A stretch of DNA of 64,000 bases, taken from IMG/VR virus record IMGVR_UViG_3300025164_000635, positions 1 to 64,000 of that record, one strand, 5' to 3'. Source of the DNA: a virus. This document shows, in pieces, positions 52,477 through 60,824 of this stretch. The position numbers and the translations under genes are program-made. Every line of letters begins with the position of its first letter. Positions within the stretch are counted from its first letter, which is position 1. The notes under the pieces are model-generated. The model ran no database searches and was not told where the DNA came from. It worked only from the letters and a program-made list of their open reading frames with translations.

Positions 52477-54879
52477 ATGTCGTTCACGTCATTTCGCTCT
52501 ACCCGTAAGGTGGTTGTGGTGGACCGCTTCGGGCGACCCACCGGAGAGGAAAGGATTCTCTCTAACAGCCCGATCGACGCCCTGTTCCCTGACGAGAAGA
52601 TCGTCATGGTGAACTGGAAGTACGAGGGCGCGAAGGCGCCCACCGCTGAAGAGTTGCGCCGGCCGATCCGCCACGGCGGCAACGAGTACCGTGGTGACTG
52701 GGCCTGGGGCAGCAGCGTCAAGCGCGGATACACTGTGGGCCTGACCCGTGACCTGCTGGTGGACACGGGATTGCTGAACTGCTGTGAGGACGCCCACCGA
52801 TTCGGTCGGGCGTTCCTTGCCAACGGCCTGTATGGGGCCGGGAAGGGTGAGCTGCACATCAAGTTCGTGCCCGAAGGGACTCAGACCCTGGCCGGCCCGG
52901 TGGCGGACGGCTTCGGGTATGTGAGACGCTCGGTGGCCGAGAAGATGAATGCCGGACACGACAAGATCAAGTTCGGCACCGCGCGCGACTCGTCGCACTG
53001 GTGGCAGCGCATTCCCTGGACATCCGAGATCCAGGAAGAGCTGGAGCCGCTTCTGCGTGACAACCTGGTGGAGGCTGGTGACCCCGGGTTGTGGATGTTG
53101 AGGCAGTTAGGCGACCGCGATCAGGGTCGCCGCCACCTGGTCGAAGCCGAGCCGTTGATGGCTGAGCACCCGTATGTGGCGAACATGCTCATGAGGGTGT
53201 CCTCAGACATCCTGGCCCGGGCGGCCACGACGGTCCCCCTGAATCACGCGGTGAAGGTTACTGTGCCCGCGAACGTCCCCAACATCGCTGTGGACGGGAA
53301 AACACTGAGCACGCGCTACCCGATCGATGCCAAGAACTCCATCCGGGCGAACAACAACACGCTCAACACCGTGGAAGCCGAGATGGAGCGGATTGCCGAG
53401 ATGGAGCGGATTGCCCAGATGGAGGTCATTCAGTATGGCATGACCTCCATGGGTGACCATCCCTTCTCGGCTAAAGGCTGCGCCGGGATCGTTGACGATG
53501 ATCTCCTCGATGCCGACTTCGTGTTGTGCACGAAGGACATCAAGATGGGTGACAAGAAGTTGGTGGACATCAAGGCGGAGATCGTGGTCTCGGTGACCCA
53601 GTGGTTTGCCCAGGGCGAGGCGGTCGGTGTGAATACGAAGTTCTGGGCCGACCAGGGCGGTGATTGCGACGGCGATCTGGCGTTGATCGCCGATTGCAGT
53701 GAGTTGCCCCGCCTGTGGGAGGCGGTTAGCGGGTTTGGGCTCCAGCCCACGCCCAAGCTCATCAAGACTCACACGAAGCTGGAGGACGAGGACATCCGGG
53801 GTGAGTTGGCTGAGAAATCCATGCTGAATGTGGTCGGCATGGCAGTCAACCTCATGGCTGCGACGTTTGTCACGGCCAACCGGGAAGAGATGGCCCACCG
53901 CCTGGGCTATGCGAGTGAGGCTGCCCTGGATAACGCCCTGAATTACTGGGTGAAAGCAGGCACGGATCTCTTCAAGGTGTCTGTCGACACCAAGCAGCTC
54001 ATGCAAGATCTCTCTCGGTTCCAGAGCAAGCTGGTCAATGTGCTCGGTACGCTGCCGCCGTGGGTGAGCTGGCCCAACGACTGGGCCTTCACGCACGGCG
54101 TCCCGTCCTTCTGGAACGAGGACGAGATGGGTCACCTGAAGAGCGACGATCCTGTTCGGAAGAATGCCGTTCCTACCAATTCCTGGTACGACGGGACCAT
54201 CGTCCAGATCATGAGGCTGACCCTGCTCGCCCTCAGCGCGATGCTGAGCCATACCCTGGCTGTGCGGCCGCTGCATGACTTCCAGAGATGGGCCCTGGTT
54301 GTGCCGGACAGTGTTCTGGGGCCCGCGATCGGTCTCCAGAAGATGTTCGTAGCCGAGTCCCAGCGCGTCAACTGGGAGTGGCCCCAGGATGTCGTCCGCT
54401 TCAGCCAGTGGTGGGCCGAGAAGGTCGCCACCTGGAAGAACGAGATGGGCCTGGATGACACCCTAGCCTGCGCTGCTATCTGGCGCGCGGCCCATGACAT
54501 GCGGAGCAAATACGCCGGGGCGTCGTCTGTGTTCATGGCCTTCCCGGAAGAAGTACTGGATATTCTCCGGGATAAGCCCGGCCTCTCCAAGTTGGTGTCT
54601 GGTGTCATCCTCGGCCTGCCCGAAGTGACCGAGGAGACGGTCATCCAGGGCACCGTTCGGGAGTTCAAACGCAAGGACTCACAGTCCGGCCGGACCGTCA
54701 TCCGCAAGTGCTTGGTGGACGGTAACTCGGGCCTACCCCATATGCCCGACATCAACTACCCGGGCGCGATTGCCGTCTTTGCTTCGGATCACCCGTCGCC
54801 CGAGAATGGGCTGAAGGTGACCGTCAAGGTCACCCGGCGCACCAAGAAGTCCTGGTTCGCTGATTGCATCTGCCAGTAG
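52477..54879 (+). CDS. single-subunit two-barrel RNA polymerase (YonO / cellular-RdRP-like)
   Basis: ADGFGYV, TRYP, QY...SAKGC...DFVL..KDIK, catalytic GGDCDGD (53662-53676), G...N...AGTDLFK. Confidence 0.8.
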   Translation: MSFTSFRSTRKVVVVDRFGRPTGEERILSNSPIDALFPDEKIVMVNWKYEGAKAPTAEELRRPIRHGGNEYRGDWAWGSSVKRGYTVGLTRDLLVDTGLLNCCEDAHRFGRAFLANGLYGAGKGELHIKFVPEGTQTLAGPVADGFGYVRRSVAEKMNAGHDKIKFGTARDSSHWWQRIPWTSEIQEELEPLLRDNLVEAGDPGLWMLRQLGDRDQGRRHLVEAEPLMAEHPYVANMLMRVSSDILARAATTVPLNHAVKVTVPANVPNIAVDGKTLSTRYPIDAKNSIRANNNTLNTVEAEMERIAEMERIAQMEVIQYGMTSMGDHPFSAKGCAGIVDDDLLDADFVLCTKDIKMGDKKLVDIKAEIVVSVTQWFAQGEAVGVNTKFWADQGGDCDGDLALIADCSELPRLWEAVSGFGLQPTPKLIKTHTKLEDEDIRGELAEKSMLNVVGMAVNLMAATFVTANREEMAHRLGYASEAALDNALNYWVKAGTDLFKVSVDTKQLMQDLSRFQSKLVNVLGTLPPWVSWPNDWAFTHGVPSFWNEDEMGHLKSDDPVRKNAVPTNSWYDGTIVQIMRLTLLALSAMLSHTLAVRPLHDFQRWALVVPDSVLGPAIGLQKMFVAESQRVNWEWPQDVVRFSQWWAEKVATWKNEMGLDDTLACAAIWRAAHDMRSKYAGASSVFMAFPEEVLDILRDKPGLSKLVSGVILGLPEVTEETVIQGTVREFKRKDSQSGRTVIRKCLVDGNSGLPHMPDINYPGAIAVFASDHPSPENGLKVTVKVTRRTKKSWFADCICQ

Positions 54880-54887
54880 CATAGGTT

Positions 54888-54917
54888 CCGAGGCCGATCT
54901 TCGGATCGGCTCTCGGC
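54888..54917 (+). other. hairpin with C(UUCG)G tetraloop right after the RNAP gene
   Basis: CCGAGGCCGATC-TTCG-GATCGGCTCTCGG. Confidence 0.6.
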
Positions 54918-55106
54918 TTCTGGGTAGGTGAAAGCCCATCCAGAAGCCGGGAAGGAACTTACCTTCTCTAGCGTGGAGTCTCACCACACTCTCCCTCCCA
55001 CGGGGCACGGCAGCCTACTTCCGGGCTACCGCCGTCTTCCCCCTGGGGCTAACGCCGCACTAAAGCTCCGAGAGGAAGCAAACTCCTATAGGAAAGGTGG
55101 TGTAGC

Positions 55107-55430
55107 ATGTCCAAGTTCCTGAACCGTGACGTTGACCTGAAGGCGAAGGTCGCTGGCAAGCCCGGTACCGGTACGCCCGGCCCGCGGCAGCCCGTAGCCA
55201 CGACCGACATCAACGTGACGCAGCTCGAGGCGTTCGCGGCCAAGCTGGAAGCGACGTACCCCAAGCTGGAGCCCAACGACCGCGCCATCGCCAACAGCAT
55301 GAACCCGGCGACGGGCAAGGCCAATATCCTCCTGGCCGGCATCAGTCGCGCCCGGGGTGACAAGGCCAGCGTGACCGTGTACAGCACCGGCCGCGTTGTC
55401 TGGGCGGGCGTCCCCGCGTTCACTCTGTAG
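55107..55430 (+). CDS. hypothetical protein
   Basis: AGGAAAGGTGG RBS; strongly biased codons. Confidence 0.65.
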   Translation: MSKFLNRDVDLKAKVAGKPGTGTPGPRQPVATTDINVTQLEAFAAKLEATYPKLEPNDRAIANSMNPATGKANILLAGISRARGDKASVTVYSTGRVVWAGVPAFTL

Positions 55431-55495
55431 CCCACAGTGGAGGGGTCCGACATAGGGCCCCTCCCCCCCCACCCTTTCCTGGAAGGAATCGAACC

Positions 55496-55606
55496 ATGAA
55501 ACTCAGCCTGTCCGAACTCATCCTACTGGCCGCTGGGTTGCTTGCAACGGCTACATCTGGCTATCACTCCAGCCCTGGGTCACTGGTGATAGCCATCATC
55601 CCCTAA
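55496..55606 (+). CDS. 36-aa hydrophobic peptide (not in ORF track)
   Basis: GGAAGGA RBS; MKLSLSELILLAAGLLATA... Confidence 0.45.
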   Translation: MKLSLSELILLAAGLLATATSGYHSSPGSLVIAIIP

Positions 55607-55618
55607 CAACATGGCTAT

Positions 55619-55657
55619 GGAGCCGGTGCCCGCGGCGGGTGCCGGCTCCCCTCTTTT
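55619..55657 (+). terminator. intrinsic terminator
   Basis: GGAGCCGG...CCGGCTCC GC-rich stem followed by CTCTTTT. Confidence 0.6.
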
Positions 55658-55659
55658 GA

Positions 55660-56650
55660 ACAGGTGCCCTGAGAGCAGCCCCAGATGACGGGCGGGGTAT
55701 TAAAGCAGGCCAAAACCCTCACCCCGATGACCGTTCCAAATATCATCCCAGGCTGCTCTTAGGGAATCTGTCCTTAAAAAGGCAACAGGCTCTCGCATGA
55801 GGGTCACCCAGGGGCACACCAGGGGCCCTGAAGGGGTGCAATCCCTGTGGCCCGTTGGAACTTCCGGGAAGTACACGGTGGTAGAACGGGCGTTCTATTG
55901 AGGCGGGACTGAGTAGGCGTCGGCAGATTATGAGGGGAGTCACCCTGGAGCGGGCTCTCACGAGTCGTGACGTGAGTGGTGCCGTGCGGACTGAACGTGA
56001 GGTGGCCCGTGCGGACTGCCCTCATAGTCTGCCGAGGCGGACACAGTTCTGCCACGGTGGGGTGGAAGGCCCTGCGGGGCGTGCATGCGCTTGAATCATG
56101 CAGCCGGCAAGTAATGGCTAGAGTAGCCTCTGGTCCCGTGATCACTATGCGGGGAAAGGCAGGCTTGAGCAGGGAATGCGTGCACGCGCCCTGTCAAGGG
56201 AGTTCTGCCGGGCGTGTCTCTAACCCTGGGCACGCAGCACAATCCTAAGCCGGACTTTGAGGGCCGTGATGGATGGTGGGGGAGAGGCCGGGAAGAGTCT
56301 ATGACCGCCGGTGTTTCGGCACCAGGGCGACGGGCTCTTCCTGGCTGGCTCCCATGACCTGTTTCTCTCATGTGTCCGATGGCCGAGAAGGGCTTCAAGG
56401 CAGGCAGTGGAGGCGTGTGGACGATAATTCCTACGCTGGAAACTGCCGTCACAGTTAGGTTCGTGTGACTACGTGGCCGGCTGTGGCCGAGTGGACTGGT
56501 CATCCACTCGTAATGTGCGGGTTCGACTCCCGCCAGCACGCTTTCATGAGCAGTATAGACGCTTTTTGGTTTGAGGCTATCGGGCATTCATACTGGCCTC
56601 AAACCCAAACGGGCGATCTATCCTATTGTTTCGGCAATGGGATAGTGAGA
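55660..56650 (+). ncRNA. candidate large structured ncRNA region
   Basis: about 1 kb without a convincing RBS-led ORF; long stems 55667-55680/55751-55764 and 55920-55936/56019-56035, each with a + strand G-U pair; T-loop GGTTCGACTCC at ~56520. Confidence 0.5.
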
Positions 56651-56683
56651 TAAGGAACACATTGCCTGGAAGGGAGGCAACCG

Positions 56684-56896
56684 ATGAAGAGACGTGTCGT
56701 CATCAGAGGGCAGCCTATGAAGTACATCGTGAAGTACATCAAAGACCCAGTAAGGGACAGGCGAGGGGAGCCGCCCTACCGAGCCCTCATTGACGGGGAA
56801 GAATGTGGCGAGTGGAAGCGAACCGCCATACAAGCGAGCACTGAACACGATCGGATTGTGGCCGAGAAGGCTGCAACCAAGATAAAGGAGGCATGA
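56684..56896 (+). CDS. hypothetical protein
   Basis: GGGAGG RBS. Confidence 0.6.
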   Translation: MKRRVVIRGQPMKYIVKYIKDPVRDRRGEPPYRALIDGEECGEWKRTAIQASTEHDRIVAEKAATKIKEA

Positions 56897-57138
56897 TGTA
56901 CACCACAACGACATTTCCACCCATCTTTCAGCACGGCCCAGTGTCCTCGACCATGCAGTTGCACGTGCCTACCAGCGGCTATGGCCGGAGTGTCGCCATC
57001 GTCCGAACACTGCACAACGGATCGGTCACCCACGAGTATCTGCCGGAATTCCTGGCCGAGCTGGTCGTCGCCATGATCCCGTTCGACGAGCCACTGGTCG
57101 CGTCGGTGAGGATCGCCTACTCGGAGATGGGACAATGA
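56893..57138 (+). CDS. hypothetical protein
   Basis: AAGGAGG RBS; ATGA coupling. Confidence 0.6.
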   Translation: MMYTTTTFPPIFQHGPVSSTMQLHVPTSGYGRSVAIVRTLHNGSVTHEYLPEFLAELVVAMIPFDEPLVASVRIAYSEMGQ

Positions 57139-57365
57139 TCATCCTCAACGTCCTGTACCCCTATGCCGATCCGACAACCGAAGTGCTGCACGTGAACGCG
57201 GCCACCCTAGAGAATGCCGAGACATACGCCATCCGCCGACTTGTGGAGGAAGCGGTCAATACTCTGAACGCCTCGGCCGGCTCCAAAAGCATGAGCCGTA
57301 CCTACCACGGGCACGAGCTTTGGTGGTGGAAGAATCTGGCGACCAAGCTGGAGATCCCGCGATGA
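57135..57365 (+). CDS. hypothetical protein
   Basis: ATGA coupling. Confidence 0.55.
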   Translation: MIILNVLYPYADPTTEVLHVNAATLENAETYAIRRLVEEAVNTLNASAGSKSMSRTYHGHELWWWKNLATKLEIPR

Positions 57366-57571
57366 CCGTCAGCGAAGCCTACGAGCAAACCAATGCCTTT
57401 GGTCGGCCCAGATACGCTATGTTCCTGAGAGATGGAGCCGGCCATCTGCATCAGATTCATCGCATCAATAGGCTCGATGACAACTACCTCCTTGATACTG
57501 AGCACGGCTCTTTCCCCAGATTGGGGATGGAACAGTGCATCACAGCAGAGCAGAGTGAACATTACCGCTGA
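57362..57571 (+). CDS. hypothetical protein
   Basis: ATGA coupling at MTVSEA. Confidence 0.55.
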   Translation: MTVSEAYEQTNAFGRPRYAMFLRDGAGHLHQIHRINRLDDNYLLDTEHGSFPRLGMEQCITAEQSEHYR

Positions 57572-57686
57572 ATGGCCGGGAAGATGACCTTCCCTGGGGG
57601 TGAGCGGATTGGACTCCCTAAGCCATTGAAGGTTGGCTGCGGCCAGCCGGACGAGGGTTCGACTCCCAAGCGGTAACTCCCCACCA
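57562..57686 (+). ncRNA. tRNA-like structured RNA (T-loop, 3' ACCA); not a canonical tRNA
   Basis: TTACCGCT/AGCGGTAA and AATGGC/GCCATT helices, GGGTTCGACTCCC T-arm, ends CCCCACCA. Confidence 0.45.
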
Positions 57687-57783
57687 AGCGGACGTCCCGT
57701 GGCGGTGTACGGCCCATGACGTGGCCGTGAAGACCGGACAATCGGGACGTTCGCTTTGTGGGCATTTTCTTCCGAGGTGAAAC

Positions 57784-58095
57784 GTGGAAGTCTCTACCTA
57801 TAACGGTACCATTCGGATCCAATTCAGTGAGGGCAGCAAACGACACCAATGTATCCTCACCATCATGCTTGAGGACGGGAAACCCATTGTCACCAGTGGC
57901 CGAGGAGTGTGGCCGGGAAAGGAACGCCTGGCGGCCATTGATAACAGTGAATTGCAGGACTTCCTGGACAAGCTACAGGCCAGCACCGAGAAGACACTCA
58001 AGATGGCCGACCTGCGCCAGATACTGGCCAAAAGCGAACCGTTCTTCCAGGTCCAGGAGTCCAGGTCGTCCGCGAACCGTGCCAATCGCTTCTAG
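57784..58095 (+). CDS. hypothetical protein
   Basis: GAGGTGA RBS before GTG. Confidence 0.6.
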   Translation: MEVSTYNGTIRIQFSEGSKRHQCILTIMLEDGKPIVTSGRGVWPGKERLAAIDNSELQDFLDKLQASTEKTLKMADLRQILAKSEPFFQVQESRSSANRANRF

Positions 58096-58140
58096 GCGGA
58101 AGGGGCTGCGGCCCTGAAAGCAGTAGGTTACCCGAACCTG

Positions 58141-58179
58141 CGTCTTCTAAACGTTTCGCCGCGAAACGTTTAGAAGACG
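58141..58179. repeat. 39-bp palindrome (19-bp perfect arms, 1-nt centre)
   Basis: CGTCTTCTAAACGTTTCGC-C-GCGAAACGTTTAGAAGACG. Confidence 0.95.
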
Positions 58180-58427
58180 AAACGAGTGAAGTAGGGAAGC
58201 TGAACCTGTAAAGAGCCCTGAGTGGCTGCCGCCGATGAAGGAAGGGGGATGGAGAAATCCATTCCCCTTTGCCTTTTGTATGAGGTGAGACATGAAATTG
58301 GACATTCCCGAGAAGATCGCCATCTGGGGTTTTGTGCTATCCATGGCAGCCCTGATCGTGCGTATCGTCACCAGTTTGTGAAACCCCGATGCCAGCGGAC
58401 AATCTGGCAGAGACGAAAGGAGACAGA

Positions 58428-59219
58428 GTGAACATCGGAATCTGGGCACAGCCGGCATTCTTCCCGGCCACGCCCCCCGCTCCCCGTGACTTTGAGGCAG
58501 TCACGGAAACGGGTGAAGAGGTCGAGCCTCAGCGTGAGAATCGCTACCGTTTCCATAATGGGAGCGTAGGCGATTGGATTGAGATCGAGAACGTAAGTGA
58601 ATCCAGTGAGTACAACGACGAGCTATTCGACCGCCTGGAGGCACTGCGCCAGGCCGATCGCAATGCTTGGAGTGCTACCCTGGACGAACTGGACAGCGAC
58701 ACCTACCGGCAGTACATGATCGACCGTACTTCCCGGTGGCACATGGAGAAGGCCCGGCCCGCTCTGAAATGTGAACGGGAAGGGCTGGAAGCCGCGGTCA
58801 AGGCCATGCGTGACTGCACCCGGGCGGAAGCCTATGACCGGAAAGGGCAGTCGATGAAGTTGGCTCAGTCCATCCGGGAGCGGGCCACTCAGGCCAAGTC
58901 ACTCGATGACCTGTGCAAGCTGGCCGATGAGGCCGACGCCTTTGACAATCGGACGCAGCAACTCGTCAGTGTGAAGGCGCTGTTGCCGAAGTACATCCCG
59001 GATACCATCTGGAACTACATCGAAGGCGCCATTGAGAGGGCGCACGAACGCATCAAGGCTGAGAAGAATCGCCACATTCGCTCCTGCCCACCCGAAGTGG
59101 ATGCCTGGATCAGGGCGAACGGCTCCAAGGTCGTTGAGTACAGAGGCGTCCAGCGACCCATGAGGATCCTACCACGCCACGTTCAGGTGAATGTGGCGAC
59201 CCAGGAGATAAGACGATGA
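58428..59219 (+). CDS. hypothetical helical protein
   Basis: AAGGAGA RBS before GTG 58428. Confidence 0.65.
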   Translation: MNIGIWAQPAFFPATPPAPRDFEAVTETGEEVEPQRENRYRFHNGSVGDWIEIENVSESSEYNDELFDRLEALRQADRNAWSATLDELDSDTYRQYMIDRTSRWHMEKARPALKCEREGLEAAVKAMRDCTRAEAYDRKGQSMKLAQSIRERATQAKSLDDLCKLADEADAFDNRTQQLVSVKALLPKYIPDTIWNYIEGAIERAHERIKAEKNRHIRSCPPEVDAWIRANGSKVVEYRGVQRPMRILPRHVQVNVATQEIRR

Positions 59220-59419
59220 AGCAAACTCGTATCAAAATCAATGCCCGGCCCAATGTGCCGGCAGTCCTCATCGTAGGCACCAGCGACGAGATGGTCATGA
59301 ACTTGATGCTGAATGGCTACCTCGGTATGTTCCCCCTGATAGGGGATGAGAGAGTGACCTTCCAGGTCTCCGAGGAAGAGACGGTATACTCACCCCTCGC
59401 CATGCTGACCATTCTGTAA
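59216..59419 (+). CDS. hypothetical protein
   Basis: AGGAGA RBS. Confidence 0.55.
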   Translation: MKQTRIKINARPNVPAVLIVGTSDEMVMNLMLNGYLGMFPLIGDERVTFQVSEEETVYSPLAMLTIL

Positions 59420-59607
59420 CGGGCGCCACGCCGGTCGGGGTTGCAGCCCCGATCAGTACCGGTTAATCCGTCCAGAACCCTCCAAAGAAGCCTTTTACCT
59501 GTGTCGTGTGTCACGCCAGGCATTTCAGCTTCCCGGACACCCTCTGAGACGGTGTAAAAACCGGTTGATCGTACCCGACGAGAATCCCGGCCGGCGTATT
59601 TTCCCCC

Positions 59608-59639
59608 TTGACAAACTCTTGATTGGGTGTATAATCAAG
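59608..59639 (+). promoter_or_regulatory. consensus sigma70 promoter overlapped by an inverted repeat
   Basis: TTGACA (59608-13), 16-nt spacer, TATAAT (59630-35); CTTGATT-N8-AATCAAG (59618-59639). Confidence 0.8.
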
Positions 59640-59809
59640 TCCAAGAATGGGGAAGGGGAGAAGCAAGCCGACTGGGGATACCTTCGTATTGACTCCCCTA
59701 CCCTCTTCCTGGCTGAGGATTGAATGTGCGAGTGTTCTCTCATCCTTCTTACCCACGTGTGGACATTGCGCTCCGTTTCGATTCTCCCCTGTCCGAGAAG
59801 GAATAGGTC

Positions 59810-60136
59810 ATGAATTGCGTCATCAACTTCTCACATCCGCTGACCGAATATCAGTACAAGGATCTCTCAGAGCAGCTTGGCCACTTCACCGAAGTATATA
59901 AGCCTGTCCAGTTCGATATGGTCACGGGCAACCTGCGCCGAGAAGTGGAGACCCTGCTGAATGACACCGTGCAAGACATCTCGGAGATTGTCGCCATTAT
60001 CCCGCCAAAGTTGAGCGTGGCGGCCTATTGGATGGCGCTCGAGATGGAAGCGCTGGGATGGCACAATGTACCAGCCGTCTACTTTATTCATGACTCCAGC
60101 GTCCCCCCTCAGTTTGTCGTGGGCGGTGTAGAGTGA
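59810..60136 (+). CDS. Csx15-like protein (type III CRISPR ancillary family), candidate cOA ring nuclease/sponge
   Basis: INFSHPLT, PVQFD, PP.LS.AA, SVPPQF.V match the recalled Csx15 pattern. Confidence 0.7.
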   Translation: MNCVINFSHPLTEYQYKDLSEQLGHFTEVYKPVQFDMVTGNLRREVETLLNDTVQDISEIVAIIPPKLSVAAYWMALEMEALGWHNVPAVYFIHDSSVPPQFVVGGVE

Positions 60137-60301
60137 TCTGGCTATTCTTCGCACTCATCATGTTTCTGGTCATCGACTACCATCGCTTGCGAAGGGCCTG
60201 GAAGGGACCCGGGCCTTTCGATGGACAAGGCTATCCCAGCTCAACGCTGCGGCTTCTGATCGTAGCAACGGTAGTCGCCATACTCCTGCTGAGGTGAAAT
60301 C

Positions 60302-60559
60302 ATGAAAGTCTATCGACAAACATTCCAAGTCACCGGGTTAGGCTCCTTCCCACTCGACATGCTCCGATATGATGAGTGCTATCCGCGCACAGAGCGAGAT
60401 ACAGCTCTGATCGATCAGTCTTTCCAGGAAGCCAACGTGCAATACATTGGCCTTGAGCGCATCCTCACCGATGAGGCGAAAGACCCCACATTCGATCGCT
60501 GGAAGTCATTCCTGTGGGCAGTTGTGAAGAATAGCATCGTGACAGAGCAAATCAAATGA
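60302..60559 (+). CDS. phage hypothetical protein (G.G.FP.DMLRYD.C.P...PT..RW.SF.W)
   Basis: GAGGTGA RBS; distinctive motif. Confidence 0.65.
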   Translation: MKVYRQTFQVTGLGSFPLDMLRYDECYPRTERDTALIDQSFQEANVQYIGLERILTDEAKDPTFDRWKSFLWAVVKNSIVTEQIK

Positions 60560-60792
60560 GCTCCGATCTCAGACCCGAGAAGGTCATATTGCAATTTGTC
60601 CAGGAAGCCGAAGAGCAGGGCCGGACACTGGCCGAGATTGCCAAGCACACCGGTCTCTTCCAGGCGCAGGCCGCTGTCATGCTCCAGACCTGGGAGAACG
60701 AGGGCTACCTTGTCCGGCACATTAACACCTATGGGGCACCGGGAAAGGAAAGGACGGTCGCGCGCTGGTACGCGACCCCCAAGAAGGACTGA
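60556..60792 (+). CDS. winged-helix DNA-binding protein
   Basis: G.TLAEIAKHTGL...L..WE.EGYL.R. Confidence 0.65.
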   Translation: MSSDLRPEKVILQFVQEAEEQGRTLAEIAKHTGLFQAQAAVMLQTWENEGYLVRHINTYGAPGKERTVARWYATPKKD

Positions 60793-60824
60793 AGAACCCA
60801 CAGTGCAAAGGAGACCACACCACC

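Noticed and set aside
53203-54276. 357-aa minus-strand ORF
   Set aside because: Antisense shadow of the RNAP gene.
57596-57686. Canonical tmRNA or tRNA gene
   Set aside because: Too short for tmRNA, no tag ORF, no G3-U70 pair, and extra bases between T-arm and acceptor; kept only as a tRNA-like candidate.
58096-58230. Hammerhead ribozyme or 6S RNA
   Set aside because: CTGAAAG...GAAA does not match the CUGANGA core with the required stems, and no long closing stem with a central bubble could be built by eye.
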